Shown here: piece by piece, positions 26,294-35,756 of the stretch
Numbering within the stretch: the first letter of the stretch is position 1
How the letters are laid out: each line of letters starts with the position of its first letter
The notes under the pieces: model-generated
Database searches by the model: none
Told to the model about the DNA's origin: nothing
What the model saw: the letters and a program-made list of their open reading frames with translations, nothing else
From: an uncultured Bacteroidales bacterium
GTDB taxonomy: Bacteria > Bacteroidota > Bacteroidia > Bacteroidales > FEN-979
Assembly (NCBI GenBank): GCA_903845055.1
Contig: CAIMWF010000046.1
Coordinates: forward strand, 11,712-75,711
Reading direction: 5' to 3'
DNA: 64,000 nucleotides
Program-made: the position numbers and the translations under genes

Positions 26294-27502
26294 CTAATGT
26301 CCCGTAAGCACATAGGGGGCCCAGATGGTCGGCAGGGCGGTTTCGGGACGACTGATCATGTAAAGTTTCACCTCCCGCAGTGCCTCTGAATAGGTCTTAC
26401 CAGAAAGCCACCTGCGGTAAAATGAGATCATAAACTTTCCGGTCAGGTCGTCATTCACACTCCACAGGGTCGAAAGTATATTCCTTGCACCGGCCGTAAA
26501 AAACACGCATGGCAGGCTACTTTCAGGGTCGTCCGGCTTCAGCAGACCCGTCCCTGAAGAACAGGCATTCAAAACGACAAGGTCCGCCTCCAGGTGCAAT
26601 GCCGGGATCTCCTCAGCCGAAAGGAACCCGTTATCTGCCTTATCTTTCCTGCCCGGGAGATCATATCCCCAAAAAAGGAATCCCTTTTCTCCGGGGTTTT
26701 CCTTGTCGTGCAGGAAATGGGTTGCAAGATGAACGATCTTTCCCCGGCAGGCCATTGATTTGAAGTATCCTTTTTCAGAATTCTGACCGCTGACCGTCCT
26801 GCATGCCAATCCCTTTTGTTTGAAGAGCGACCCGATGGCGGCAACTTCCACCTGCGATCCAGGAAGTGCACTCACTCCCCGGTAATTGGAGAATCCCGGA
26901 GAAAACCCAAGGAAAGCATAACGGGAGTCGCCGGGATCGGCTGTATGTTCATCTTGATGGCCGGGGGTGATGTCGGCCCAGCATACCGATGAACAATGGT
27001 AAACAATCTCATAATCACGAATCAGGTAATGAATGTCGCAGATATTGTAGGGTGGCGATGACTGGTCATTTAAAACAAACGCCTCAAACGGCAATCCTGC
27101 CAGTTTTGAACCGGGAATGATGATCAGCCGACGTTTCCCGTTTAAAAAATCTTTGACCGGATCGATGAGAAAAAGATAAAGTACCTGGCCAAGGATCGAA
27201 AACTCATTCGGGTCAGCCGACCTGAGTTTTTTCTGGAATGATTTCAGCGAAGCCCAGAAAAGGGCATTCAGCGACTGTTGTGCAAGCAGGGTTGAATCGA
27301 CTGCAATGGCATTTACGAGAACGGAGGAGTCGGTCAGGAAATATTCGAGCATGACCTCATCGCTCCGAAGGTTTTGCTGTACAAAGCCCGGTGCATCCGC
27401 CTGATGGGAAGACTGTGCGAAAGCAGGAGCGCATAACAGGCAAAATATCATTCCCGGCAGGACGATTCGCAATCCGGAATCCCACAATTTTTCATTCCCC
27501 AT
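26294..27502 (-). CDS. Exported CHAT-domain (caspase-like) peptidase
   Basis: It has a signal peptide LRIVLPGMIFCLLCAPAFAQ. A CHAT-type His/Cys dyad context is present: GKIVHLATHFLHD and EADLVVLNACSSGTG. No TPR region is visible. Confidence 0.7.
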   Translation of the reverse strand: MGNEKLWDSGLRIVLPGMIFCLLCAPAFAQSSHQADAPGFVQQNLRSDEVMLEYFLTDSSVLVNAIAVDSTLLAQQSLNALFWASLKSFQKKLRSADPNEFSILGQVLYLFLIDPVKDFLNGKRRLIIIPGSKLAGLPFEAFVLNDQSSPPYNICDIHYLIRDYEIVYHCSSVCWADITPGHQDEHTADPGDSRYAFLGFSPGFSNYRGVSALPGSQVEVAAIGSLFKQKGLACRTVSGQNSEKGYFKSMACRGKIVHLATHFLHDKENPGEKGFLFWGYDLPGRKDKADNGFLSAEEIPALHLEADLVVLNACSSGTGLLKPDDPESSLPCVFFTAGARNILSTLWSVNDDLTGKFMISFYRRWLSGKTYSEALREVKLYMISRPETALPTIWAPYVLTGH

Positions 27503-27511
27503 TGCCTGAAT

Positions 27512-28294
27512 TCAATAGATGGTCAATGTCCCCATGGTCAGCCATTCATCTTCCTCCACGATTTTCCAGTAATATAATCCCGGAGGGAAGCCCCTTGTTT
27601 GCAGAAGGTATTCCCTGCCTGAAAGCTGCTTCGATTCAAAATGAGAAATTCCATGGTTGTCCATTAAAACAATTTTAATTACCGGCAGCGTTCCGGATAG
27701 GTTCCAGGCAAATCTGAGCGGCTGCCCGGCTTTTACCGAAACCCGGGGCCGGGGACTGGTCAGTGTCAGCTGAGAGGATCGTGTAGCCGAACCGACCAGG
27801 AGTTCGAGCTCGGTCATTGGCCTGTAATGTTCGGCCAGCAGCCGGCCCTGTTTCCCTGAAAGGGGTATGTTCCGGCTGGTGACCGGGGATTTGTAAACAG
27901 GGGTTCGGTCGACCTTCTCCTCATTCTGAGCAGGGGGCGCAACATGGACAATGTCTTCCCGGGTGCCACCAGCCAGCAGGATCGCGGGTTTGTGCAAAAC
28001 CAGGTAGCAAATAACAGCCGCCCCGGCCAGGAAGATTACCGAAGCGGCAACCAGCCACGGTCTGAATAAGTGCCTTGTTCCCCCATGTTTTCCGGCAACC
28101 ACCTGTATCTTTTCCAGTAATTCCATCATATCCCTGTCGGCAAGGAGTTTGTTAAGTTGTGCATCAAGCCTGACCTCTGCGCGCAACAAGGGATCTTTTA
28201 CCATCTGCGCTGAGAAATACTGCAATTCTTCCTCCCCGAGTTCGCCCTCGTTGAACCGGTCAATCCAATCGTTTGTGATGAAAATATTTTTCAT
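27512..28294 (-). CDS. Anti-sigma-factor-like single-pass membrane protein with a C-terminal beta-sandwich-like ectodomain
   Basis: I set the start at ATG 28294 (MKNIFITNDWIDRFNEGELGEEEL). It has a cytoplasmic helical N-domain, one TM helix (WLVAASVIFLAGAAVICYLVL) and an extracytoplasmic C-terminal domain. Its position directly downstream of, and overlapping, a sigma-70-family gene supports the call. No specific family is recognised. Confidence 0.5.
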   Translation of the reverse strand: MKNIFITNDWIDRFNEGELGEEELQYFSAQMVKDPLLRAEVRLDAQLNKLLADRDMMELLEKIQVVAGKHGGTRHLFRPWLVAASVIFLAGAAVICYLVLHKPAILLAGGTREDIVHVAPPAQNEEKVDRTPVYKSPVTSRNIPLSGKQGRLLAEHYRPMTELELLVGSATRSSQLTLTSPRPRVSVKAGQPLRFAWNLSGTLPVIKIVLMDNHGISHFESKQLSGREYLLQTRGFPPGLYYWKIVEEDEWLTMGTLTIY

Positions 28295-28874
28295 ATTCAA
28301 TGAATAGGTAATAATCCGGATCATTCAGTATCTTTTTCCTTAACAGGTTTTTACAGGAATATTTACGTGTCTTCACATAAACATCATCCTTGTATTTCAT
28401 CAAGCGGGCTATTTCCCTGAAGGGAACTTTCAGGCAGAAAAGTCTGATCAACCTTTGACAATCAACAGGCAACATGGACAGGTTTTTATATAACATCCTG
28501 ATTAATTCAAGGTTATCCTCCCGTAGTTTCTGATCATCGGCCGAATAGTCTACCGATGATTCATTTACCACGTAATCAGCGACGTACAGCAATCTGAACT
28601 TGCGTTCAAGCCGCTGGAGCCAAAGGTTTTTACAAATGGCGACGAAATAGGTCTTAAGGCTGCATTCCAGCCGGAATGACTCCTCGAGGCACCGGCTGTA
28701 TAGTACGATGATGGCATCCTGGAGGAGATCTTCCATGTCCTGCTGCGTCCCCGAATTAAGCCTGACCAGGTGCCTGACGATCGGACCAAACTCTTCATAG
28801 ATCCACATAATGCAGCTGCTCTTCTTTTGCCGCAGGCCCTCAATGATCATTTCATCAGAATAAAACAATGTCAT
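28260..28874 (-). CDS. Sigma-70-family (ECF-like) RNA polymerase sigma factor
   Basis: Region 2-like sequence: DLLQDAIIVLYSR...SLKTYFVAICKNLWLQRLER. Region 4-like sequence: LPVDCQRLIRLFCLKVPFREIARLMKYKDDVYVKTRKYSCKNLL. The protein is 204 aa. Confidence 0.65.
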   Translation of the reverse strand: MTLFYSDEMIIEGLRQKKSSCIMWIYEEFGPIVRHLVRLNSGTQQDMEDLLQDAIIVLYSRCLEESFRLECSLKTYFVAICKNLWLQRLERKFRLLYVADYVVNESSVDYSADDQKLREDNLELIRMLYKNLSMLPVDCQRLIRLFCLKVPFREIARLMKYKDDVYVKTRKYSCKNLLRKKILNDPDYYLFIEYEKYFHHKRLD

Positions 28875-28997
28875 AAGCGGTGATTCTGATGCTTAATCGG
28901 CCATGATGTAAAAGGTGAAGCCATTGTTAATAACTTTTCTTGGGGAACTTGTAATAAGAATGACAAGCGAACACCCGAAAAGGTTGCGGCAGTGGAT

Positions 28998-29023
28998 AAA
29001 AAAAGGCCGGGAATGGCCGGCCT
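28998..29023 (-). terminator. Rho-independent terminator downstream of the prolyl oligopeptidase gene
   Basis: The minus strand reads AGGCCGG-CCATTC-CCGGCCT followed by TTTTTTT. That is a 6-7 bp GC stem (29005-29010 / 29017-29022), a 6-nt loop and a 7-nt U tract, ~50 nt after the stop at 29073. Confidence 0.7.
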
Positions 29024-29072
29024 CTGTTTGTTCAAATGGAATTGCCCCTTAAAAAAGGGATGTACCCGTGTG

Positions 29073-31190
29073 TCATTCGTTGTATTTCATCCCGAGATTG
29101 AAAAAAATAAAGGACCACAGGTCGGTGGTTTCATCAATCTGTTTCGAAACTGGCTTTCCGGCACCATGCCCGGCTTTTGTTTCGATGCGCACCAGTACAG
29201 GGTTCGTCCCCTCCTGACTGGCCTGGAGTGTCGCCATGAATTTAAAGGTATGGGCGGGCACGACACGATCGTCGTGATCGGCGGTAAACGCAAGCGTGGC
29301 AGGATAGCTAACCTTTTCCTTGAGATTATGCAGTGGTGAATATTTAACCAGGTACCCGAATCCTTCCCTGGTTTCGCTGGTGCCATAATCGCTGGCCCAG
29401 GCCCAGCCGATGGTGAACTTGTGATAGCGGAGCATGTCCATGACACCCACCTGGGGGATGGCAACCCGGAACAGGTCGGGCCTCTGGGTCATGCAGGCAC
29501 CCACGAGCAGCCCCCCGTTCGAACCGCCCATGATGGCCAGGTGAGCCGGTGAAGTATATTTCTCTTCAATGAGGTATTCGGCCGCCGCGATAAAATCGTT
29601 GAACACGTTTTGTTTGTTCTCCTTTGTACCGGCCTTGTGCCAATCTTCCCCGAATTCGCCCCCGCCACGGATGTTCGCAACCACGTATGTCCCTCCATTC
29701 TCAAGGAAGAGCAGCCTGCTGACCGCAAAATTCGGTGTCAGGCTTATGTTGAACCCGCCATACCCGTATAAAAGCAGGGGATTGTTCCCGGTCAGTTCGA
29801 TCCCCTTTTTATGAACGATGAACATGGGGATGGTTGTCCTGTCCTTGCCCGAATAAAATACCTGTTTTACCTCGTACTTTTCGGGATCGAAATCAATCTT
29901 GGGACGGTTGTATACCATCGAGGTATTCTTTTCCACGTCATACCGGAATATTGTGAGCGGGAATATGAAGGAACTGTAACCGTAAAAGGCTGTATTGTCA
30001 TCCTTTTTCCCACTGAAGCCGGCAAGTGTCCCGATCCCGGGAAGGTTCATTTCGTGCAGGAATTTCCCCTCGGTTGTGTAAATATATGCTTTTGATGCGG
30101 CATTCTGCATATACTGTGATACGATCAGGTTCCCGGCAAACTCCGCCGACTCAAGTACATCGTCGCGTTCGGGGATGATAGTCTTCCATTTCCGCGGGTC
30201 GGGATTTGCCGGGTCCATCAGGATCAGTTTCTTTTTGGGCGCACGGTAATTGGTAACCACCAGCAACTTTTCGCCCAGGTTGTCCACAACCCCGTATTCA
30301 TAGTCGAACCCGGTAACAAGCTGGACGAAGGGCATCTTTTCTCTGGTAAGGTCGCGATAATATATGGCCGTGCCACTCGTGGATTCCGATTCATAAAGGA
30401 TTAAAAAACGTTCATCCTGGGTTACCGATGTCCCATAATTCCGCTGCGGGAACTTCAGGTTCTGGTAAACGAGACGGTCGTCCTGCTGTGATGTTCCGAC
30501 CTTATGATAATATACTTTGTGGAATTCATTCTTTTTCGAAAATCCGCTGCCCGATACAGGAGCATCATACCTGCTGTAATAAAACCCATCCTTCTGCCAC
30601 GACATGCCCGAAAATTTGACCCAGCGGAGGGTATCATCCAGTAATTTTCCCGATGCTACTTCCATAACGTGAATTTCGTTCCAGTCGGAACCGCTTCGTG
30701 CAATGGTGTAAGCCATGAGTTTCCCGTCGTGTGAAACTGATTCGCCTGCCAGTGCGATGGTGCCGTCGGCCGAAAGTTTGTTCGGATCGAGCAGAACCCT
30801 CGGCTCCCCGTCAAGCCCTTGCCTGACAAATAAAACCGATTGGTTCTGGAGACCATCGTTCTTAAAATAAAAATAATATGGTCCCTGCCTGAACGGGACA
30901 CTGTACCGGGCGAAATTCCACATCCTGGTGAGGCGTTCCCGGATTTTTTCCCGGAAAGGGATCCCGGCAAGATAACCGTTTGTAACGTCATTCTCGGCTT
31001 TAACCCATGCCGCCGTTTCCCGGGAAGTATCGTTCTCGAGCCACCGGTATGGGTCGGCAATCTTTGTTCCGAAATAATCATCAACCGTTTCAACCTTTCG
31101 GGCGACGGGATAATTCAATTTGATTTCAGGTTTGCAGGAGGACATGGCAACAATCAGGATAACCAGTAAGTGGAGGGAAGTTCTATTCAT
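29073..31190 (-). CDS. Prolyl oligopeptidase (S9A family prolyl endopeptidase), exported/lipoprotein-like
   Basis: The N-terminus is LVILIVAMSSCKPE. It has an S9A N-terminal propeller with DPYRWLEND and the catalytic Ser motif GGSNGGLLVGA. Downstream are ADHDDRV and GHGAGKP. Confidence 0.9.
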   Translation of the reverse strand: MNRTSLHLLVILIVAMSSCKPEIKLNYPVARKVETVDDYFGTKIADPYRWLENDTSRETAAWVKAENDVTNGYLAGIPFREKIRERLTRMWNFARYSVPFRQGPYYFYFKNDGLQNQSVLFVRQGLDGEPRVLLDPNKLSADGTIALAGESVSHDGKLMAYTIARSGSDWNEIHVMEVASGKLLDDTLRWVKFSGMSWQKDGFYYSRYDAPVSGSGFSKKNEFHKVYYHKVGTSQQDDRLVYQNLKFPQRNYGTSVTQDERFLILYESESTSGTAIYYRDLTREKMPFVQLVTGFDYEYGVVDNLGEKLLVVTNYRAPKKKLILMDPANPDPRKWKTIIPERDDVLESAEFAGNLIVSQYMQNAASKAYIYTTEGKFLHEMNLPGIGTLAGFSGKKDDNTAFYGYSSFIFPLTIFRYDVEKNTSMVYNRPKIDFDPEKYEVKQVFYSGKDRTTIPMFIVHKKGIELTGNNPLLLYGYGGFNISLTPNFAVSRLLFLENGGTYVVANIRGGGEFGEDWHKAGTKENKQNVFNDFIAAAEYLIEEKYTSPAHLAIMGGSNGGLLVGACMTQRPDLFRVAIPQVGVMDMLRYHKFTIGWAWASDYGTSETREGFGYLVKYSPLHNLKEKVSYPATLAFTADHDDRVVPAHTFKFMATLQASQEGTNPVLVRIETKAGHGAGKPVSKQIDETTDLWSFIFFNLGMKYNE

Positions 31191-31304
31191 TGGGAGGGTT
31201 TTATAATTTTCACATTTATCCGGCGTTTTAACTGTCAGGTAAGATTATTTACTGTAAATTTATGCCATTATTTTGGGAAAGATACACCTAACCCGTTTTT
31301 TTTA

Positions 31305-32012
31305 ATGGAAAAAGGAATTAAAAGTATAACCATCACACAATCGGACTATATCATCAGGAATGTCAATGATGAGGAACTGGACCTTCAGGGTCACCTGCAT
31401 CACTACAGCGAGTTCGACCCGGACGGAAAACTACTGAAGGAGATCAAATACAACAGGTATGGTGATTTTGAGGAGATGTTTGTATATGGTTATGATGCAA
31501 ACGGCCATATGACCCGGGAATGCTATTATCCGGCTGAGAATGAACTCGCAGAGGAACGGACCTTTGAACTGAATGACCAGGGGCAGGTGATCCGTTCACT
31601 GAAACAATACCAGGACGGTTCAGTTGACACCACGGTTTATCAATACGACGAATCAGCCCGGCTGGTAAAAAAAATCACCACCACGGATGAGGGTGAAGTG
31701 GACCAGGTTGAAACCTTTGAATGGGAAAATGGAACGCTGATCGGCCATGAAATTGCTGACGGGGAGGGGGAACCGTTTTTTCTGCCGGTTGAAGAGGCCC
31801 CTGCTTTGAATGAGACCCGGATCGTTCACAATGAGAAGGACCAGGTAGTAAGCGAGGAGGAACTGGATGAAAACGGCGAAGTATACATGACCGTAAACCG
31901 CACTTATGATGAAGGAGGCAGGGCAGACGAGGTGGAGGTATTTGTTGATGGCCGCGGGCAGGCTCTGAGCCGGCACTATTTCCTTAAGTACAGCTATTCT
32001 TTTTTTGAATAA
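31305..32012 (+). CDS. Acidic hypothetical protein with YD/RHS-like short repeats
   Basis: I moved the start to ATG 31305 (MEKGIKSITITQ). It has recurrent x-Y-x-Y-D-x-x-G motifs (VYGYDANGHM, VYQYDESARL, NRTYDEGGRA), is very D/E-rich and has no signal peptide. Confidence 0.5.
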   Translation: MEKGIKSITITQSDYIIRNVNDEELDLQGHLHHYSEFDPDGKLLKEIKYNRYGDFEEMFVYGYDANGHMTRECYYPAENELAEERTFELNDQGQVIRSLKQYQDGSVDTTVYQYDESARLVKKITTTDEGEVDQVETFEWENGTLIGHEIADGEGEPFFLPVEEAPALNETRIVHNEKDQVVSEEELDENGEVYMTVNRTYDEGGRADEVEVFVDGRGQALSRHYFLKYSYSFFE

Positions 32013-32058
32013 TAATGCAATTCCCTGAACTATTTATTACATAAATTCTGAAAACCTT

Positions 32059-33039
32059 ATGACCAGGTATATTTTCATCATCTTCTTCGCTGTCGTCCTC
32101 ATTTCTGATTCGGGATGCAAAAAGAAATCAGGCTTCGATGCGACGACGAAAAGCCAGTCCGACTTTGTCGGCACCTGGCAGGGCAACATCTCGACCTTTA
32201 AAGACAACAAATTGCTGTCAGAAAAGGGGAAGGTGGTCATTTACCGGGAATCGGACGAAAACCTGTCGGGTATTATCTTTATGGGAACAACCCTTGTTTT
32301 TCATGAATTCCAGTTCAATAACGGAACCCTGTATTTCAAAATTCCCTGCAACGATCCCTTAAATCCCAACTGCCAGACCTGGAACCTGGGTGGCTTTGCC
32401 ATTTTCTCAGAAGAGGGAAAAATCGACCTGCGCATTTCCGGAAACGAATGCGGTCCCTTCGGCAGCGAATATGTAGACTGGCACGGCACCCTTGCGCAAA
32501 AAGTGGTTCCTGCCGATTCAGTTTCATACTTCAGTTTTGCAGCTAAAAGCAATTCCTGGACCTATAAAACCACGCTTAAGAACGGTGATTCATGCCAGGT
32601 CATGAAAACGATAAGTGATAATCCATCCAGTAATTATTACCTTGGCACCTTTACCCAAACCTGCGGGGGACCGGCTAAGACCCTGAAATGGAGTGTTGCC
32701 CCTGCCGCGTTTACCGTGATCAACGACTCTGCAATCAGCCTGCATACCATCACTTTTCCCATTGATGCCAAACCGGGAGTGGTTTACACCAACATTATTC
32801 ATGCCGACACCACCACGGTTACCCTGGTCGATACAAACCTGCTGATTACAACCCCAGCCGGGACCTTCAACTGTTTCAGGTTCAAATACACCGAACCGGT
32901 GGTCTCCGGCCCTATTAAGGTTAAAAAGATTGCATGGATATGGCTGAGCAACCACTATGGCATCATCCGCCAGGAGGTTGGCAACCCGGTCGATTCCACC
33001 AGTTTTAAAATACAGGTTTTAAACGGTAAAAGTTTCTGA
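32059..33039 (+). CDS. Hypothetical lipoprotein
   Basis: It has a lipobox-like N-terminus MTRYIFIIFFAVVLISDSGCKKK and is otherwise beta-rich. No motif is recognised. Confidence 0.55.
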   Translation: MTRYIFIIFFAVVLISDSGCKKKSGFDATTKSQSDFVGTWQGNISTFKDNKLLSEKGKVVIYRESDENLSGIIFMGTTLVFHEFQFNNGTLYFKIPCNDPLNPNCQTWNLGGFAIFSEEGKIDLRISGNECGPFGSEYVDWHGTLAQKVVPADSVSYFSFAAKSNSWTYKTTLKNGDSCQVMKTISDNPSSNYYLGTFTQTCGGPAKTLKWSVAPAAFTVINDSAISLHTITFPIDAKPGVVYTNIIHADTTTVTLVDTNLLITTPAGTFNCFRFKYTEPVVSGPIKVKKIAWIWLSNHYGIIRQEVGNPVDSTSFKIQVLNGKSF

Positions 33040-33040
33040 T

Positions 33041-35047
33041 CTAGAAAAGATCGTTGAGGATTGAATCCTCGACCAGGTTGGGTACCGTAACCTTCAGGTT
33101 CGGCTCAACCTGCATCGCTCTCTTAATGGCAATAATGGCTTCGTCATTGCGTGCCCATGCCCTTCGTGCGATCCCGTTGTTCACGTCCCAGTGGAGCATC
33201 ATGCGCAGGCGCCGGTCAGCATCGGGGGTGCCATCGAGCAGCATCCCGAATCCGCCGTTGATCACTTCGCCCCAACCCACACCGCCACCATTGTGGACCG
33301 AAATCCATGTTGCGCCACGGAAACCATCACCGATTACATTCTGAACCGCCATATCGGCCGTGAAGCTGGATCCGTCGTAAATATTCGATGTTTCCCGGTA
33401 GGGTGAATCAGTACCCGATACATCATGGTGGTCGCGCCCGATGACAATGGGTTCAGAAATACGACCGTCGCCCACGGCTTTGTTGAATGCCTCGGCAATC
33501 CTGGTGCGGCCTTCGCAGTCGGCATAAAGGATACGCGCCTGTGACCCCACAACCAGTTTGTTTTTTCCCGCTTCGCGTATCCAGTGGATATTGTCCCGCA
33601 TCTGCATCCCGATCTCAGCAGGAGATGTTTCAGCAATCCCTTCCAGTACTTCTGCGGCAATCAGGTCGGATATTTTCAGATCCTCCGGATCACCTGAGGT
33701 GCAAACCCAGCGGAAGGGTCCGAAACCATAATCAAAAAACAGGGGACCCATGATATCCTGAACATACGACGGGTAGATGAAGGTTCCGTCGGCCCTCATG
33801 ACGGGCGCCCCTGCGCGCGAGGCTTCCAGCAGGAAAGCATTGCCATAATCCCAGAAGTACATCCCGTTGTCGGTCATTTTCCCGATCGCCCTCACCTGGC
33901 GGCGCAGCGATTCCTGTACTGCCGCCTTGAACTCTTCGGGATTCCTGACCATCAGTGCCCTGGATTCCTCGAAAGAGAGACCGGCCGGGTAATAACCGCC
34001 CGACCAGGGATTGTGCAGGGAGGTCTGGTCGGATCCAAGTTCGATCTGGAGCCTGTGTTCGGCGAAATATTCCCACATATCCACCACATTTCCTAGGTAT
34101 GCCAGTGAAACAGCCTCCCTGTTGCAAACCGCCTGCAGGATGCGCCTGACGAGTTCGTCAAGGTTTGTATAAACCTCGTCGACCCATCCCTGTTCATGCC
34201 TTTTTTTTACAACGGCAGGGTTGATCTCCGCTACAACCCCGATAGCGCCGGCGATCACAGCTGCCTTTGCCTGTGCCCCCGACATTCCGCCAAGCCCGGA
34301 GGAAACAAATACAGTTCCCCCGATGGTATCCGCAGTCACTTTTCGAGCTGCATTCAGGATGGTGATGGTGGTACCGTGAACGATCCCCTGGGGACCGATG
34401 TACATATATGAACCGGCTGTCATCTGGCCGTACTGGGTCACGCCCAGCGCGTTGTATCGCTCCCAGTCGTCGGGCTTCGAATAGTTCGGTATCATCATCC
34501 CGTTGGTGACAACTACACGGGGGGCATCAGAGTGCGAAGGAAAAAGTCCCATCGGATGGCCCGAATACATCACCAGCGTTTGATGGTCGGTCATGTTTGC
34601 AAGGTACTGCATGGTAAGGAGGTACTGCGCCCAGTTCTGAAACACGGCGCCATTGCCGCCGTAGGTGATCAGTTCGTGGGGATGTTGTGCAACAGCCGGG
34701 TCCAGGTTGTTCTGGATCATCAGCATGATGGCGGCAGCCTGGCGCGCACGGCACGGGTACTCCCCGATCGGCCTGGCAAACATGGCGTATGACGGCCTGA
34801 AACGGTACATGTAGATGCGCCCGTATTTTTGCAATTCACCGGCAAACTCGCGGGCCAGGACCGGGTGGTGTTCAGGCTCAAAATAGCGCAGTGCATTTTT
34901 GACAGCAAGTTTTTTCTCTTCCGGCGAAAGGATGTCTTTCCTGACAGGTGCATGATTCACCTGCATATCATAAGGCTGAAGGGCCGGCAGGGATGCAGGA
35001 ATGCCCTGCAGCAGGACCTCTTTAAAAGCGTTAGTAGCCATATACAT
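33041..35047 (-). CDS. hutU: Urocanate hydratase (long, ~670 aa form)
   Basis: It carries urocanase-type motifs: ELITYGGNGAVFQNW, SSGLGGMSGAQAKAAVIAG, RDHHDVSGTDSPYRETSN and VHNGGGVGWGE. Confidence 0.9.
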   Translation of the reverse strand: MYMATNAFKEVLLQGIPASLPALQPYDMQVNHAPVRKDILSPEEKKLAVKNALRYFEPEHHPVLAREFAGELQKYGRIYMYRFRPSYAMFARPIGEYPCRARQAAAIMLMIQNNLDPAVAQHPHELITYGGNGAVFQNWAQYLLTMQYLANMTDHQTLVMYSGHPMGLFPSHSDAPRVVVTNGMMIPNYSKPDDWERYNALGVTQYGQMTAGSYMYIGPQGIVHGTTITILNAARKVTADTIGGTVFVSSGLGGMSGAQAKAAVIAGAIGVVAEINPAVVKKRHEQGWVDEVYTNLDELVRRILQAVCNREAVSLAYLGNVVDMWEYFAEHRLQIELGSDQTSLHNPWSGGYYPAGLSFEESRALMVRNPEEFKAAVQESLRRQVRAIGKMTDNGMYFWDYGNAFLLEASRAGAPVMRADGTFIYPSYVQDIMGPLFFDYGFGPFRWVCTSGDPEDLKISDLIAAEVLEGIAETSPAEIGMQMRDNIHWIREAGKNKLVVGSQARILYADCEGRTRIAEAFNKAVGDGRISEPIVIGRDHHDVSGTDSPYRETSNIYDGSSFTADMAVQNVIGDGFRGATWISVHNGGGVGWGEVINGGFGMLLDGTPDADRRLRMMLHWDVNNGIARRAWARNDEAIIAIKRAMQVEPNLKVTVPNLVEDSILNDLF

Positions 35048-35065
35048 TTTGATTTGTTACCACAA

Positions 35066-35073
35066 CAAAAATA
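35066..35073 (-). promoter_or_regulatory. Bacteroidota-type -7 promoter box (TATTTTTG) upstream of hutU
   Basis: The reverse complement of caaaaata is an exact TAnnTTTG match, ~19 nt upstream of ATG 35047. It overlaps the micro-repeat AAAATACC AAAATCAC at 35067-35083. Confidence 0.45.
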
Positions 35074-35150
35074 CCAAAATCACACGAGGTTCCATATACC
35101 TCTGACAAGATTCCGACAAAGGCGGATTCCGTAACCCCTTGAGTTGAATA

Positions 35151-35756
35151 TCATATCTTTTCCTGCGAATTCTTCAGAACCTGGTACAGGAATTCGCGCG
35201 CGCGGAACAATTGTGCCTTCACAGTGCCCAGCGGCAGGTTCAATTCGGTGGCAATTTCATCGTATGACCATTCCCTGAAATACTGCAGTTCGATAAGCTG
35301 GCGGTAATGGGGTTTCAGTTTTTCAACGACTTCACGCATCAGCTGGATTTTCTGCTTTTCAATGATCTTTTCTTCAGGGTCAAGCGTGCCTGCAGGGATG
35401 TTCGCAGGCGCTCCCACTGATTCGCCGTCATCGTCAAAATTGTCGGCGAACTGAATCCTTTTCGATTTTCGCAGGAAATCGATGCAATTGTTCGCGGCAA
35501 TTTTAAAAAGCCAGGTGCTGAAAGCAAATTCGGGCGAATACTGTTTCAGGTTTTTAAATGCCTTGCCGAAAGCCTCAATCGTCAGGTCTTCTGCATCCGT
35601 CGCATTGTTGGTCATCTTGAGCATCATGAAATAAAGCGAATCACGATACTTGTTCAGCAACTCGGCATAGGCCTGCTGATCGCCGTGGTCGATAGCCATG
35701 CGCACGAGCGATAAGTCCCGCTTTGCCTTTTCTGAAAAATGCTCTGCTACTTCCAT
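35151..35756 (-). CDS. ECF-type RNA polymerase sigma-70 family sigma factor
   Basis: Region 2: DAEDLTIEAFGKAFKNLKQYSPEFAFSTWLFKIAANNCIDFLR. Region 4: YFREWSYDEIATELNLPLGTVKAQLFRAREFL. Confidence 0.85.
   Translation of the reverse strand: MEVAEHFSEKAKRDLSLVRMAIDHGDQQAYAELLNKYRDSLYFMMLKMTNNATDAEDLTIEAFGKAFKNLKQYSPEFAFSTWLFKIAANNCIDFLRKSKRIQFADNFDDDGESVGAPANIPAGTLDPEEKIIEKQKIQLMREVVEKLKPHYRQLIELQYFREWSYDEIATELNLPLGTVKAQLFRAREFLYQVLKNSQEKI

Noticed and set aside
29041-29060. Second small hairpin (CCCTT-AAAA-AAGGG) just after the prolyl oligopeptidase stop
   Set aside because: The stem is only 5 bp and AT-rich, and no U tract follows on the transcribed strand. The GC-rich hairpin with a U tract at 28998-29023 is the credible terminator.
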